NCBI GenBank assembly: GCA_951406725.2
Contig: OX597819.1
Span: forward strand, 91,822,001 to 91,886,000
Source of the DNA: Octopus vulgaris
Taxonomy: Eukaryota
Reading direction: 5' to 3'
DNA length: 64,000 bases
Part shown: positions 13,005-25,896 of the stretch, piece by piece
Numbering within the stretch: the first letter of the stretch is position 1
Layout: each line of letters begins with the position of its first letter
Translations under genes and position numbers: made by a program
The notes under the pieces: model-generated
What the model was told of the DNA's origin: nothing
Databases searched by the model: none
The model's input: the letters and a program-made list of their open reading frames with translations, nothing else

Positions 13005-14240
13005 GTTCAGAACAGGTTTGGACATTTTAATAAACCGTTTTTCTTTGATCTTTCTTCTAACTTCATTTGTGTCATGTAGTTTTTGGAAAGGAAAAATTAG
13101 AAACATTTTCTGACCACATGATTCTATATGTTCGCTCAATGGAATTTGGCAAACTTTGGTATTCCGGATTTGTTGTCTGTAGATTCGTGAGCGTTCCGAT
13201 TATGCATTCCCTGTCTCGCTATATATAGTTCCTCGCAATTAGGGCATTTAATGCAGTAGATCAAATTTCTGCTATTTCAGTCCATATCTGCATTTACGAA
13301 AATCTGTCCACTTTTTGTTCTAATGGATCTACTAGTATGCATGTATTTACATGTTCCACATCTATTATCATTACATTTGGATACTGTGAATGTCTAATCC
13401 TGTTTGTCCATATTGAATTTTGCCTTTGTTAATAGTTTCTTTAGGATATGTGGTTGCCTTTTGCTCAAAATAAGTGTTTGATTAGTTATTGTGTTTTTTA
13501 ATTTTTCACTTTGTTTCATGATTGGCAAATTTGTTTTGACGATGTTAAAGATGTTTTGGGGATGCAGATTGTGTTGCTAGTATTGTATTCTGTTGATGGG
13601 CCCGTCTTTTTCGCGTTGTCCTAAGCTGTTCTATAGGTATCTCTTTTGCTTGTTCTATGTTACGTTTTATAAGTAGGAGAGGGTATTTTTACTTGAGCAG
13701 AAATCCTTTGAGTTCTATAAGTCGTGTGTTTCTGATATTTGGATCATCTGCTACAATACAAATTTTCCTGGCTAGACAGTATGGGATATTGCGTTTTGTG
13801 TGCTTTTGTAATAAATATCAGTTGTAATTGTGGTGTTGTTTTTAATTACCGTTATGTTAAGAAATGGTAATTGTGTGTTGCTCATTTCTCTTGTGAATTT
13901 GAGAGTAGAGTTGAAATTGTTGAGGAGGGTGCTGAATTCTTCCAAATTTTCTAGGGATTTGATCCAAATTAGGAAACAATCATCGAGTTATCTTTTCCAT
14001 ATGTCCTCTATATATCTTTTAAAGGGCATACCGTAGTTCTCTTCAATTATTTAATACAAGTTTTATTCTAAGTATCCCAATACTGAGTTCGCAAAAACTG
14101 GAGCAAATCGCGTCCGTATAGCTGTGCCTCAAATTTGGAGGTAGTTTATTTTCCGCTGAAAAGGAATGTATTGTTTACGAGGATGAGGTTGACCGCGTCT
14201 AGTATGACGGTTACAGTAAATCTACTGGAGATCGCTTCTC
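13005..14240 (-). mobile_element. Penelope-like retroelement, 5'-truncated pseudogene (RT C-terminal half and GIY-YIG endonuclease)
   Basis: Minus-strand translation: [105 protein letters not shown]. Contains stops and frameshifts. Confidence 0.88.
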
Positions 14241-14249
14241 TATGTGCCT

Positions 14250-14302
<53 letters not shown>

Positions 14303-14327
14303 GTGTTTGTGTGCATATATGTGAATA

Positions 14328-14400
<73 letters not shown>

Positions 14401-15267
14401 GTAAGTAGGCATGCATATATTATTTGTTTGTGTGTATGTATGCATGTACTTAGCTGTGAATGATTATAATGTGTGGGAAGGTAAAGTACTGCAATGGTAT
14501 GTTTGCAGCAGAACTCACTATTTCAGGGAAAAGGTATTACGACTCCAGCTTCACATTTCTGTTATTGTTAGCTAATATGCATCACTCCACCTAGTTCAGA
14601 AACCATAAGAATATGTATGTCAATGAATGTAAGCAAGTATATTTTTCAATATATATTTCCCAGAGCTGTTGAATACAAGGAGTTGTGGAGTTCTTTCTAA
14701 TTAACTAGACAGAAGATTCCGTTTTACTTTTCTTTATTTTATGTTTTGTATCTATTTCAACAGTTCAAGTAACAGAATGAAATTTTATAATCTGTAGATA
14801 TTATCTTGAAGGCAAGAGGTGATCGACGTCGACAAAAATCAATGTATACATACAAAGATATATGTGTGTATACACACACAATCGTGCACGTGCAAGTGCA
14901 CACGCGTATTCGGATGATCTTGTAGCCTATAAGATTGGAATATCCCCCATGCCCTAAAAAGTACATGTGTGTACGTGTGTGCGTGTGTGTGTATTATTTA
15001 AAACGATTTGATCGGTTCTATGTGACTTAAAGTTTCGCAGGTCCCTAACAATATCCCGTCTCTTTCAAGCTTTGGATTACCGAATAGAGAGATACCAGAA
15101 TTCCTGTTAGGGGTCTGCGAAAGTTTAAGTCGGATAGAAGCAAATCAAATTGTTTGAAGAATACATTTACCTCCTACTGAATATTATATATCTATATTAT
15201 CATTTATATTAGGCGTCTGTAGACGGTTCTATAAAATCTTTATATCGATATTTTTCTGTGCAAATTA

Positions 15268-15826
15268 TTGGGTTGTCCGGAAAGTTGGTGCCGATTTATA
15301 GTAGCTTACCTTTCGACTTATTTTAGAACATGGTTGGGTCCATAAAATAGGATTTGACTACACCTCCATTTAGAGCACAGTTTAAGCTATCTTTTCGTGG
15401 AAGGTTTATGTTCCTGTAACCTGTGTTAATTCTGTAACCATTTAAAATGGAATATAAGAAAGTTCATTTTCTGCACTTCATGCTTTGGGAACCAGAAAAA
15501 AATTGCTGCAGCTAGGGATGTGTTACCCCAACCTCCATATTCACCAGATGTTGCTTCTTCGGATTTCCACTTATTAAGGTCTCTGCGGAATAGTCTTAAT
15601 GGTAAAAATTTCAATTCCTTGGATGACGTAAAAAGATACCTTGATGAATTCTTTTCCATGAAACCACCTCAATTCTGGGAAGAGGGTATTTTCAAGTTAA
15701 AGGAAAGATGGAGACGCATTGTGAAACAAAATGGTTCATATTTAGTTGAGTAAAAATGTAATGACAAGTATTTATTGACCTTTTCCTTTCCTTTAAAAAT
15801 CGGCGCGAACTTTCTGGACAACCCAA
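15268..15826 (+). mobile_element. Internally deleted mariner element with TIRs and TA target duplication
   Basis: TA|ttgggttgtccggaaagttggtgccgattt ... aaatcggcgcgaactttctggacaacccaa|TA. Encodes YSPDVASSDFHL..WRRIVKQNGSY. Confidence 0.92.
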
Positions 15827-15839
15827 TAGTATCAGCTGG

Positions 15840-16125
15840 TTGCCAGTCATCGCTGAACGGGTTTTATTTCAGAGTTATCCTTCTCTTAGATAGTTTTTCC
15901 CTACAACGGTTGAAAACCATCTACTCTTGGCTATGTTGACTATAATGACTGCGTTTTGATTCTCATGAGTTTCAGCCCTCTGACGAGCCTTGATTTTTAT
16001 CCAATAGCCTGTCCAAATTTATCTTCCACATATCTTGATGGGGCTACCTCTTTAGATGCCGATAATTGACAATGCAACATGTTGTACTGGGTTACATGCT
16101 ACAAGAGCGCTAGAACGACGTGAGA
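15840..16125 (-). mobile_element. Degenerate copy of the RTE-related element at 17702-18252
   Basis: Shares tctcatgagtttc, tgtccaa and atgcaac..gttgtactgggtta blocks in the same order. Confidence 0.5.
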
Positions 16126-16435
16126 TATATATGTCTGTCTGTATGTATGTGTGTGTGTGAAAATTCGCACAAATTTTCCTTTATCCGTTTATATATTTAT
16201 TTATCGAACGACATAACGGGCAAAATATTTGAAAAATATGAAATATTCACCTGACATAATTGCTTTTATAATATGTTCCAGAACAATGCATGAAAATACT
16301 ATTATCCCCTGTTATATACACCCATAATTCTTCGATCTGTGACTAGTTTGATAAGTGCCAACGCTCGAAACACTCGGCCCTTGAGTCACTCTGTTGCTTT
16401 TGCTAAATATTAATAAAAAATTTATACGATATAAT

Positions 16436-16475
<40 letters not shown>

Positions 16476-16506
16476 CATATCTATAAGATATATATATTAT
16501 ATAAGA

Positions 16507-16568
<62 letters not shown>

Positions 16569-16789
16569 ACCATATGCTTATATTCAAAGAACGTAAATCT
16601 AGAAGAATGGACAAATATGTAAATAAGACTTCCGTAAAGTATGTATATATATTTGAAAGTCGATCACGCTATAAATATTTGCTCAGTATACATCTATTTT
16701 GAGGTAATTATGGATTTATTGACATTCGAAATACATCGTTTATAAACGTATATTACAGTATAGCAGCATCGATCAAACAATCAGATGCT

Positions 16790-17200
16790 ATTATACACTG
16801 CTCGTCACAATTATGTCTTGAATGCGCCATTCTCTACCATCTTGACCCAAATCGTTTAACTAAGTCGTCTTCCTATTGCCGTGGAGGCCTTCCTAGTGGC
16901 CTTAGCCGATCTCTTAGATACTACACGGCAACTGCATGGGCTCACCGGTTATCTGTGAACCTTGCGACATGTCCGGCTCCACGGAATACGCGCTTTCGGT
17001 GCTCAGCAATCACATCATTCATTCCTCCCCGTTTTCGAATGATCTTATTTCGAATATGATATCTTAGTGATACTCCTAGCATGGCTCTTTCCACGGCCCT
17101 TTGAGTCGTAACCAATCGATGTCCTATCCTCTTCGTAGAAGCCGGCGTCACTCTTGTGTATAAGAGCGCAAGTAGGTCGGAGTTATTGAAGGGTCTGGCT
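16790..17200 (-). mobile_element. RTE-clade LINE 3' fragment (RT thumb/C-terminus)
   Basis: TQRAVERAMLGVSLRYHIRNKIIRKR...AGHVARFTDNR*...RPLGRPPRQ*EDDL. Confidence 0.85.
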
Positions 17201-17429
17201 CGTATCGTATTGTCTGTCTGTATGTCTTTATTTTGAGCACGTCCTTTATTGAGGCAAACGCCTTCAATCCTACCCTTGTTCTCATTGTGATTACAGCATC
17301 CATCCATATCTCGGCGCATGTTCAGTGTGTGCCCTTTACTAGGCCGAACACACACACACACACGATTGGCTTCCGTGCAGTTTCTGTTTACCAAACTCAC
17401 ACACACACATTTATGGGGGATAGTACGTG

Positions 17430-17465
<36 letters not shown>

Positions 17466-17701
17466 CCTCTGTTAATGTTCGTTTTTACGTACAACTATTT
17501 AAAAGAGATGCAAACATTAATTAGGAGATTACTCAATAGACTTGAGTACCGTATTATATTTTTGCAGGGAAATGGTTGACAGTGACTTCGAAGTTTCTTA
17601 GCAGTATTCGTCACACAAGCTGACGTAGGCAAATGTGCCGAAACGTCAGGGCCGCAGCCAACACAACATATGCATACATGCATACACATGTAGATATTCA
17701 T

Positions 17702-18252
17702 ATGGTGGCTGCCCCCTCGTTATCGAGTATGGCCATCGCACGAAGCTTAATCAATGTTGTTATCGTGCAATGCCTGTGCAAGATGTTTTTTTAAAGTGAG
17801 GAAAGGCTGTGCACTGATCAATCCCACTCACTAAGCAACAGCAGCCATAATCCGAAAAGAAGAACAAGTCAACATCATCGGTAACCACTGAGTAGCCGGT
17901 TTTATGTCGGAGTTATCCCAGTTACCTGAGTTACCTTCTCCTAGAAGGATGCCCTAACAAAGGCTAGGAGTCCTTCACTCCCAATGGTTTAACCGCGCGA
18001 TCGGGTATTCAGTCCGATTATTTCTATGTCCTCGCGCATGAAACAGCCTTAAGATATTTATTGGATGGCCGTTGACTCTCATGAGTTTCTCCGCCCTTTG
18101 ACGGGTTTTGTTTTTCATCCCGCAGGGTGTCCAATAAACACCCTCCTCAACAAGCAAGCTTAGTGGAGTTGCCGGTTTAGTCGCCGACGACCCGACCATG
18201 CAACGGGTTGTACTGGGTTATGTGTTACCAGTAGCACTCGAAAGTGACCTGA
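17702..18252 (-). mobile_element. Non-autonomous RTE-related element (5'UTR-like body) next to a (TACA)n array
   Basis: Minus strand has ttagggcatccttctaggagaaggtaactc, which resembles RTE 5'UTRs as I recall them. GC-richer than the flanks, with an HDV-like fold at its 5' end. Confidence 0.55.
18172..18249 (-). ncRNA. Candidate degenerate HDV-like ribozyme
   Basis: P1 GGTCA/TGGTC, P2 CCAGT/ACCGG (1 mismatch), P3 ACA/TGC (1 mismatch), L3 ACCCGT, P1.1 CC/GG, P4 TCG-tcgg-CGA, J4/2 CTAA. Confidence 0.45.
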
Positions 18253-18294
18253 CATACATACATACATACATACATACATACATACATACATACA

Positions 18295-18326
<32 letters not shown>

Positions 18327-18374
18327 CGAGTCGACAAACGAAAGAAAATGTCACTCAGCACGTTTGATAAGAGT

Positions 18375-18416
<42 letters not shown>

Positions 18417-19398
18417 TAGCAGCAGTTTGATTCAGCTTCATATGACTTATAGTTTCGTGGATGTGTAGAACGTACCCATCTCATCAGATATCTGATATTT
18501 TTTGTAATGGGCCCCAACTACATGCCCGCGAAACGTTTAGTCGTATGGAGCTGAGTCAAACAGATATTAAATAATTATGTATGTACGTGTATATATATAT
18601 ATATATATATGTAAACGTAGATGAGATATTTATATATTCATACACACATATGTATATATATATGTGTGTGTGTTAGCATGTATGTCTGTTGGTGTGGGTA
18701 ATTATGTATGGCCCTGAATTTCTTGTTCTTTGTGTTGCGGGTGATATCACAAGATATTTTCTTTTAGAATTTGTTAGACTGTTGCGAATGATCTACCGCC
18801 CACTCAAACTTTGTGCCAACACGACCGACTTAGTAATCATTTATTAACGTGTATATGAATATTTCTACATAGGTATTTATGTCAGAAGATCGCTATTCAT
18901 TTACGTATCTCTGTACATTTGTGTAAGAATATATATATATAATTGTATGTATGTATGTATGTATGTATGTATGTATGTATGTATGTATGTATGTATGTAT
19001 GTATGTATGTATGTGTGCATGTATGTGTATATATTTGTACAAAAATATTTATTATTTGTAAATATGCATACGTGTGTGAAAATTCATAAGAGAATTGTAA
19101 GCGCTGATGAAGCTGTCGAGGCAGACATACTTCTTTTATTTTTAATACTGAAACGATCTAGTTTTAATGATAAAACCAGAGAGAGAATATTGTAAGAATA
19201 TTCTCGAAACCCAGCATGTATACATATACTCACCCACACACTCATACAAACGTATACAAACGAATACGCATACATACACCCAACAGAATCTTTCCTCTCT
19301 CTTTCGCAAACATAGACGCATATATAAGAAAAGATTTAGAAAGAGACAGACAGCTGTGCATAGAGGAAGAGAAAAGTATAAATACATACAGAAATACA

Positions 19399-19467
<69 letters not shown>

Positions 19468-19629
19468 TTTCATATATACTTACAGATATTTCATTGGCTA
19501 TAGTTATATATATTTGTGTGTGTGTATACGTTTTTATTTATCAATCAATCAATCAATAAATCTATCTATTTATCTATCAATAAATCTCCCCTTCCATTCA
19601 ACCACATCATTGCAGTCAATTCGTAATGT

Positions 19630-19860
19630 TAAACCGTTAATCCAAATACCTTTTCTCCTCTCTCCGTTTTTTATTCTATCCGTTTTCGTCCCTTGTTTCC
19701 TTCTGTCGAAGAGCATAGGCTCGAAACGTCAAAGACTTTTCCATTCTTTTTGGAGCGTCAAACGAATGCACCTTGTTTGTTGTTCTCTTACCCGTCTCTG
19801 TCCTTTATTTTTTTTGTACATGTGATACTTATAAATTTCTGTCTCTCTCTGTCTCTCTTC
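19630..19860 (+). mobile_element. Family H hammerhead-bearing short element
   Basis: CTGTCGA-A-GAGC-atag-GCTC-GAAA-CG-TC-aaag at 19703-19734. Confidence 0.55.
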
Positions 19861-20041
19861 CTGTGAGGGTTGGTGCGTTTGTATATGGTTGGTCAAAACA
19901 ATTACTACATCTTAGTGGATATTGGGCTGAATGACAACATGCATGCAAACATACAAACATACATACATACGTGTATGCGCGTTTGTATGCGTGAGTGTGC
20001 ATTTGTGTACGCACGTGAGTGTAAATGTATGTATGTATGTA

Positions 20042-20092
<51 letters not shown>

Positions 20093-20096
20093 TTTG

Positions 20097-20460
20097 TGGA
20101 GGCGCAATGGCCCAGTGGTTAGGGCAGCGGACTCGCGGTCATAGGATCGCGGTTTCGATTCCCAGACCGGGCGTTGTGAGTGTTTATTGAGCGAAAACAC
20201 CTAAAAGCTCCACGAGGCTCCGGCAGGGGATGCTGGTGTTCCCTGCTGTACTCTTTCACCACAACTTTCTCTCACTCTTACTTCCTGTTTCTGTTGTACC
20301 TGTATTTCTCTGTGTGACGCCGAATATCCCTGAGAACTACGTTAAGGGTACACGTGTCTGTGGAGTGCTCAGCCACTTACACGTTAATTTCACGAGCAGG
20401 CTGGTCCGTTGATTCAGATCAACCGGAACCCTCATCGACGTAACCGACGGAGTGCTTCCA
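20097..20460 (+). mobile_element. tRNA-headed SINE, well-preserved copy with a distinct body and tail
   Basis: A-box tggcccagtggt and B-box ggtttcgattccc, followed by about 280 bp of non-tRNA sequence. CpG-rich. Confidence 0.75.
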
Positions 20461-21244
20461 TAAAAAAGCTGTGTAGTTTATTTAACCCGCATTACTTTTT
20501 TTCCTCGTAAAACAAGTTTAACACAGCCGCAATCATTCAGGCGACTGTCTTTGAATATTTCAACCTTAGCCTATATTTATCGAAGCACTAAGGTGATCTC
20601 GTTTCCTCGTGCAGCTTTCGCTTTCATTGGCTAGTCGTAAAACATTTAATTGTCAATTCAGTTTTTTAATTATTAGTTGAATTTTCATGATTGTATCCTG
20701 CATCTCTAAACTGTCGCTCATTGGCTTCTCGCTAAATTTTATTTGTCCTGGTAATTTCTCTCTGATTATTTGTTGATATCGTTATTACACGCAGTTTATG
20801 CAAACTGTCATTAGTTATCTTCAGATCATAGTCAACTTGCCGTATCTGGTTTCTCGGAGTTGCTGTTCTGTTGTTATATAATCATTGACACCCCAGGCAT
20901 CCAGTCCGGTATCACTAAATTATATCTTTGTCTTATCGTGCTGTTTATTAGTTCAGAGTTACATCTTTCTTTAACTCTTTTTCATCAATGGGGGTGTTGA
21001 CTTTTATCTATTATTGTAAAATATTATTTTGTTGGTATATTTTACGTTCTTTTTATTGCTGAATTCATTTACTAAAGTTTTCAGGTAAGTGCAGTGACTT
21101 GCCTGCTTTCTGTCGATAGTCACCCCCACCCTCTACTGCCAACCTCACTGCTATTTCGTTATTAATCATGTTAATCAGGTTAGCCATTTAAAGATAAACT
21201 TAAGAGTATTAAAAATAATGACAATAACACTAAGATAAAAATAT

Positions 21245-21760
21245 AAAACGTAGTATTCTATAATATAATCCCCCATAAACTCGTAGTAATTTCATTGCGA
21301 TAAAGTTTATGAACTAACACTTCTCCCCAAATTACAAACACTGTCACAATATTAGGAAATGGTATTCTATTACTGATTACCATGCTGAAGTCGCGTCCAA
21401 CGCCAACTGTGGAAACTCATTTTTCTCTGTTCATACAATTATGTAAATCCCAGCACATGTCCTTTAAATGGTAAATGTCTGAGGAGCTCTTTTATCTATC
21501 GTGTTCAGCAAAGGAACTGATTATTAATGGTGATTCTGTTTGAATTAAGGTATGGCCTACACACATACTTCCAGAAATTTAACTAGACTTATAAACCCGA
21601 CTTTACTGAAGTACCTGGAGGACCCAAAAGATAAACGACAATTTCAATATCAAATGGAAAATTTACAACTTCACTGAAGCTAACGACTAAATTTTCAGAT
21701 TTTATGATTTATGCATCTCTGAGAAACATTAATGTTTGCCCAACTCCTGGGAATATTCTG
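21245..21760 (+). mobile_element. Highly decayed Penelope-like linker and GIY-YIG fragment
   Basis: KRSIL*YNPP, TCPLNGKCLRSSFIYR, KYL..KDK, FNIKWKI, DLCISEK. Confidence 0.65.
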
Positions 21761-22278
21761 TACAGGAAATATGTGCCTATATCAGTCTTCGGGCGTTGAC
21801 TTTCATTTTCACCAAAGGATGATACAATATCGTTATACTAATTTATACACATTTTATGAGAAAAAATAGAATAAAATTCTTCCCCATAACCTACTTTATG
21901 CATTGTTATACAAGATCTATACTCAGAAATTTTAATAACGTTTTAGGTTCAATAAAATTATTATATTTAATATTATGTAATATATTTTACATTGCTACTC
22001 TCCCACCATATTTTTTACACTGTTATTGTAAACTTTTAATTCTCCACTTTATTTCTTATACACACCTTGCGTTCCATACTGAAAATCACTGTATACGTCC
22101 TCTTTAAATCAGCACAAAATATTCCTTCTCACACTTTTCCTTTAACACCATCCACTCTGATCTTTCAACCACAGAATCTTATAGCAGAGACAGCTATAAG
22201 CTAATGTAGTTCATTGCATAATTACTTCTTCCTCTGTCATTTATATAATTTAATATATTTATATATATAATCATAAGT

Positions 22279-22520
22279 GGAGGTGCGTGGCTTAGTGGCT
22301 AGGGTGTCAGCACCATGATCTTAAGACTGTGGTTTCGATTCCTGGACCGGGCGACGCGTTGTGTTCTTGAGCAAAACACTTTATTTCACGTTGTTCCAGT
22401 CCACTCAGCTGGCAAAAACGAGTAACGCTGAGATGGACTGGCGTCCCATCCAGCTGGGGAGCACATACGCCATGGAAACTGGGTCCATGAACCTGGCTAG
22501 GTTTTAAAAAGGGCGCATTT
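22279..22520 (+). mobile_element. SINE family B (tRNA head plus CORE-like segment)
   Basis: tggcttagtggc A-box, ggtttcgattcc B-box, ttgtgttcttgagcaaaacactt, gatggactggcgtcc. Confidence 0.8.
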
Positions 22521-22974
22521 ATTTTTTTATTACATAATCATAAAGATGGCAGTCACCTTTATGATATAATTATTTTTCTCTAAATTTTCTTATGATATAT
22601 ATAAAAAAAGGATGATTTTTAATCCCAGTATAACATATAATCCTATATGTTAATATCCGCAACGTTAATACATAGTGGCACATACACCCTGATCGAATGG
22701 ATCTATTATTAAACTTATTTCAACCTAGACCCTCTTGTCTTTTTACTCATACATCTAGTAAAACAACGCATTATCTAATGTGTCTCTCTAGGAAGATCGG
22801 TCGTTTATTTTGAATTTTTAGTTACTTATTTTTACAAAAAGATTCTTTTGGAGGCACTCAAAATTTAGTAAATGATTTTATCAAGAACTGTTCTACTAAA
22901 GTATTCTGTTGTATCACTTAATCATCTCATTGTTTTCTTTTACATATAATTTCTTTCAATATTAATCTAATTGA

Positions 22975-23425
22975 AGGCGGCGAGCTGGCAGAAACGTTAA
23001 GCACGCCGGGCAAAATTCTTAGTGGTATTTCGTCTGTCGTTACGTTCTGAGTTCAAATTCCGCCGAGGTCGACTTTGCCTTTCATCCTTTCGGGGTTGAT
23101 AAATTAAGTACCAGTTGCATTCTTGGATCAATCTAATCGACTGGCCCCCTCCTCTAAAATTTGGGGCCTTGTGCCTAGTGTAGAAAGGAATATTCCCTGA
23201 AAAGAATATTCCCTGGTTTTGGATTTTGGCACAAGGTCAGCGATATTAGGGGATAGTAGAAGCTAGTTACATCGACTCCAATGTTCAATTGGTACTTATA
23301 TCATTGACACCGATTGGATGAAAGGCTAAACAGAGCTCGGCATTTTAACTCAGAACGTAAATCCGGAAGAAACGCCGCTAAGTATTTTATCCGGCGTGCT
23401 AATAACTCTGTCAGTTTACCGCCTT
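22975..23425. mobile_element. Two SINE C copies tail-to-tail (+ 22975-23190, - 23220-23425)
   Basis: Both have the ggcggcgagctggcag head and the gtcgactttgcctttcatcc core, in opposite orientations. Confidence 0.75.
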
Positions 23426-24879
23426 AACCCTCTAATATAAATAGATATTCAAGGTATATTCGTGGTCAATTAAGAATAGTATGATAAACATCAACAAAAT
23501 ACAAGCGGCATTTTGTTAAACCTCCGTCTTCAACATAAGTTTTTCTGAACTAAATTTATGAGACTATCTGTAACTTCTAAAGTTTCTCTGATAACCTTTT
23601 TCTCGAATATCTTGCTTCTCTTTTTTTTTATGGATTTAAATGAATGCCTCCACAAAATGTACACAGGTTTATTTTTTAATCAACAATTTTATCACGAGAT
23701 TGTTCAATTTATAGAAATCCACTTTTCAAACCAGTTTCTTTTGAAACAAGCATTCATGTTAAAACAGTTTGCTTGTTAAGCCGTAAATCTGACGAGTGTT
23801 GTGGTGAATGAGGTATGCTTGTTTGCAGAGCGATTAGTTGCATAGCTGCATATCAGTCCAGCAGTTGCTTAGCACTCCCAGTTGCACGTTACTAACTCAG
23901 AGAGCAAGACAACCACCGTTTTCTTATTTAGAAATTTTATCTTGCTGTATCCTAAAATCTATTTATAAACCAAAGACATCAGGTCTTTGATGCAAGATGT
24001 ATATTATATCTTGTATTACAAAGGTCGAACTTGTATTCTCTATAGATATCAAGCTCTGCAGATAAAGTAATTTTTATGACTGATTAGCTCTAGCTCTCTT
24101 AGCGAATAGTTTTGTTTCTTGAATGTCTAGGATCAGAAATTATCATTTTATATCTGAGATACTGAATATGCAATAGACTCCTATTATATAATTTAACAGT
24201 TGTCCTAATTTGAATAACAGAATAAATAATAGTAGCTTTATCAACAGGTGTTACGTTAATTAAGGTGATTTCACTTCAAATATATATCCATTCAGTCATT
24301 CTAAGACCTGCTAAGTATAATTAGAACTGTGTTTCACCCAACAAGTTTAATAAGTTCGAAGCATACTTGGAGCTGTTCCTATACTTACTAAAGACCAAAC
24401 TTGATACCCACTGCATACCTCCAATAAATCTTTCAACTAGATTTAATTTTGGAGTTGTATCTTGCCTTTTTTGACAAGAACTCTCAAACGGAATACCTGC
24501 GAAGCAGTTTCGTTCTTCGTTGACATCAGAAAAGTTTTTTACACGGTAGATAGATTTCATTTTGCAAGTGACTCGAGTGCACGGCCTTCCTAAATTATAA
24601 TTACAGTAAAATATATATATCTGCTGCTCTTGTCATTATTTTTGGGGCGATTTCGTTTCGCTTCGCTCTGAAGTATATTATGTTTTTTAACACTAAAGTT
24701 TTTAAAAGGATTTTTCCCGGACGGAAAACCACAACTACTGGCGTTTAAACAACACACCTGCATTGAGCATGTAGTACTGATAATGTTTACATTATAAAAC
24801 TGCTTCTATTGTATAATCTGAATTTTAAAATGATGGAATTTTAACAGACATACAAGGGTCATACTGCAATACTACTCCC

Positions 24880-25896
24880 TAACCAAGTGTTTTTTCATGT
24901 TGGAGAACAGATAATATTCAGATGGGGCCAAATCAGGAGAATAGAGAGGGTGATCAACCAGTTCAAACCCACAGTCACGCACAACAACCATTGAAAGCAG
25001 AAACTTGTGAGCTGGAACATTGCCTGATGAAACAAGACCCCTTTTGTCAGTTTTGCTGGGTGTTTGGCTTTGATTGTTTTTCGCAACTGCCTCAACAAGT
25101 TGGCATAATACTCTCCATTGATGGTGTGACTCTTTTGAATAAAGTCAATAAACACAATGCTTTTCGTGCTCAAAAAAACTGAAGCCATTTCCTTCTCTGC
25201 AGATGAATCGACCTTGGCCTTTTTTGGAGCAGGCGAAGAGGAGTGTTTCCACTACATGGATTGTCTCTTTTGTACCGGCTCAAAGTGATGTACCCAATAC
25301 TCATCCTGGGTTAGTAAACGTTGAAAGAAACCAGCTGGATCTGCCTCATTCAGTGTCAGATTTTTTCGCGATGCGATCAACCTTGTGCGCTTTTGATCAG
25401 GTGTTAGATGAGCCATCTATCGAGCAAAACCCTTTGTCAGGACAAGTTCAACGTGCAGAATATTCTTAACTCTTTCACGAGATACGCTAATAGCACTGGC
25501 TATTTTATTTATAGTCAATCGCCTGTCATCCATCAGCGTGGGGTTAACACGATCAATGTTTTCCATGATGAAGGCAGTTGCAGGACATCCAGACTTTGGG
25601 TCATCTTCAAGATACTCTGTTCCCCTTCTAGATTCAGTTGTCCATTGTGCACTGTTGATAAAGACGGAGCGTCATCTCTTAATATAGCAATCATATCAGT
25701 GTGAATGTCATTGGGAGCTTTTTCTGCAGGTGCTTGATAACACCACGATGTCAAATTTTGTCCTTTTTTCAAGGTCAATTTACCTGGAAGAAACAATACA
25801 ATTATTAAGAAGAGATGAAAGTAAAACATGCAAGATTTCACTGCTCTAACAACACTCTTTCACAGTCAGCCTATGAATTTTTCAGCCCATCCGCGT
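24880..25896 (-). mobile_element. Decayed mariner transposon (transposase pseudogene)
   Basis: MASVF..IVFIDF..GEYYANLLRQLRKTIKAKHP.KLTKGVLFHQ; N-terminal IHTDMIAILRDDAPSLSTV; terminus ttcagcccatccgcg|TA. Confidence 0.88.

Noticed and set aside
18130-18175. Twister ribozyme in the RTE-related element
   Set aside because: It lacks the CCCAAGC-type loop and matching pseudoknot partners.
20097-20172. tRNA gene
   Set aside because: A and B boxes continue into a SINE body with no complete cloverleaf, so it is a tRNA-derived SINE head.
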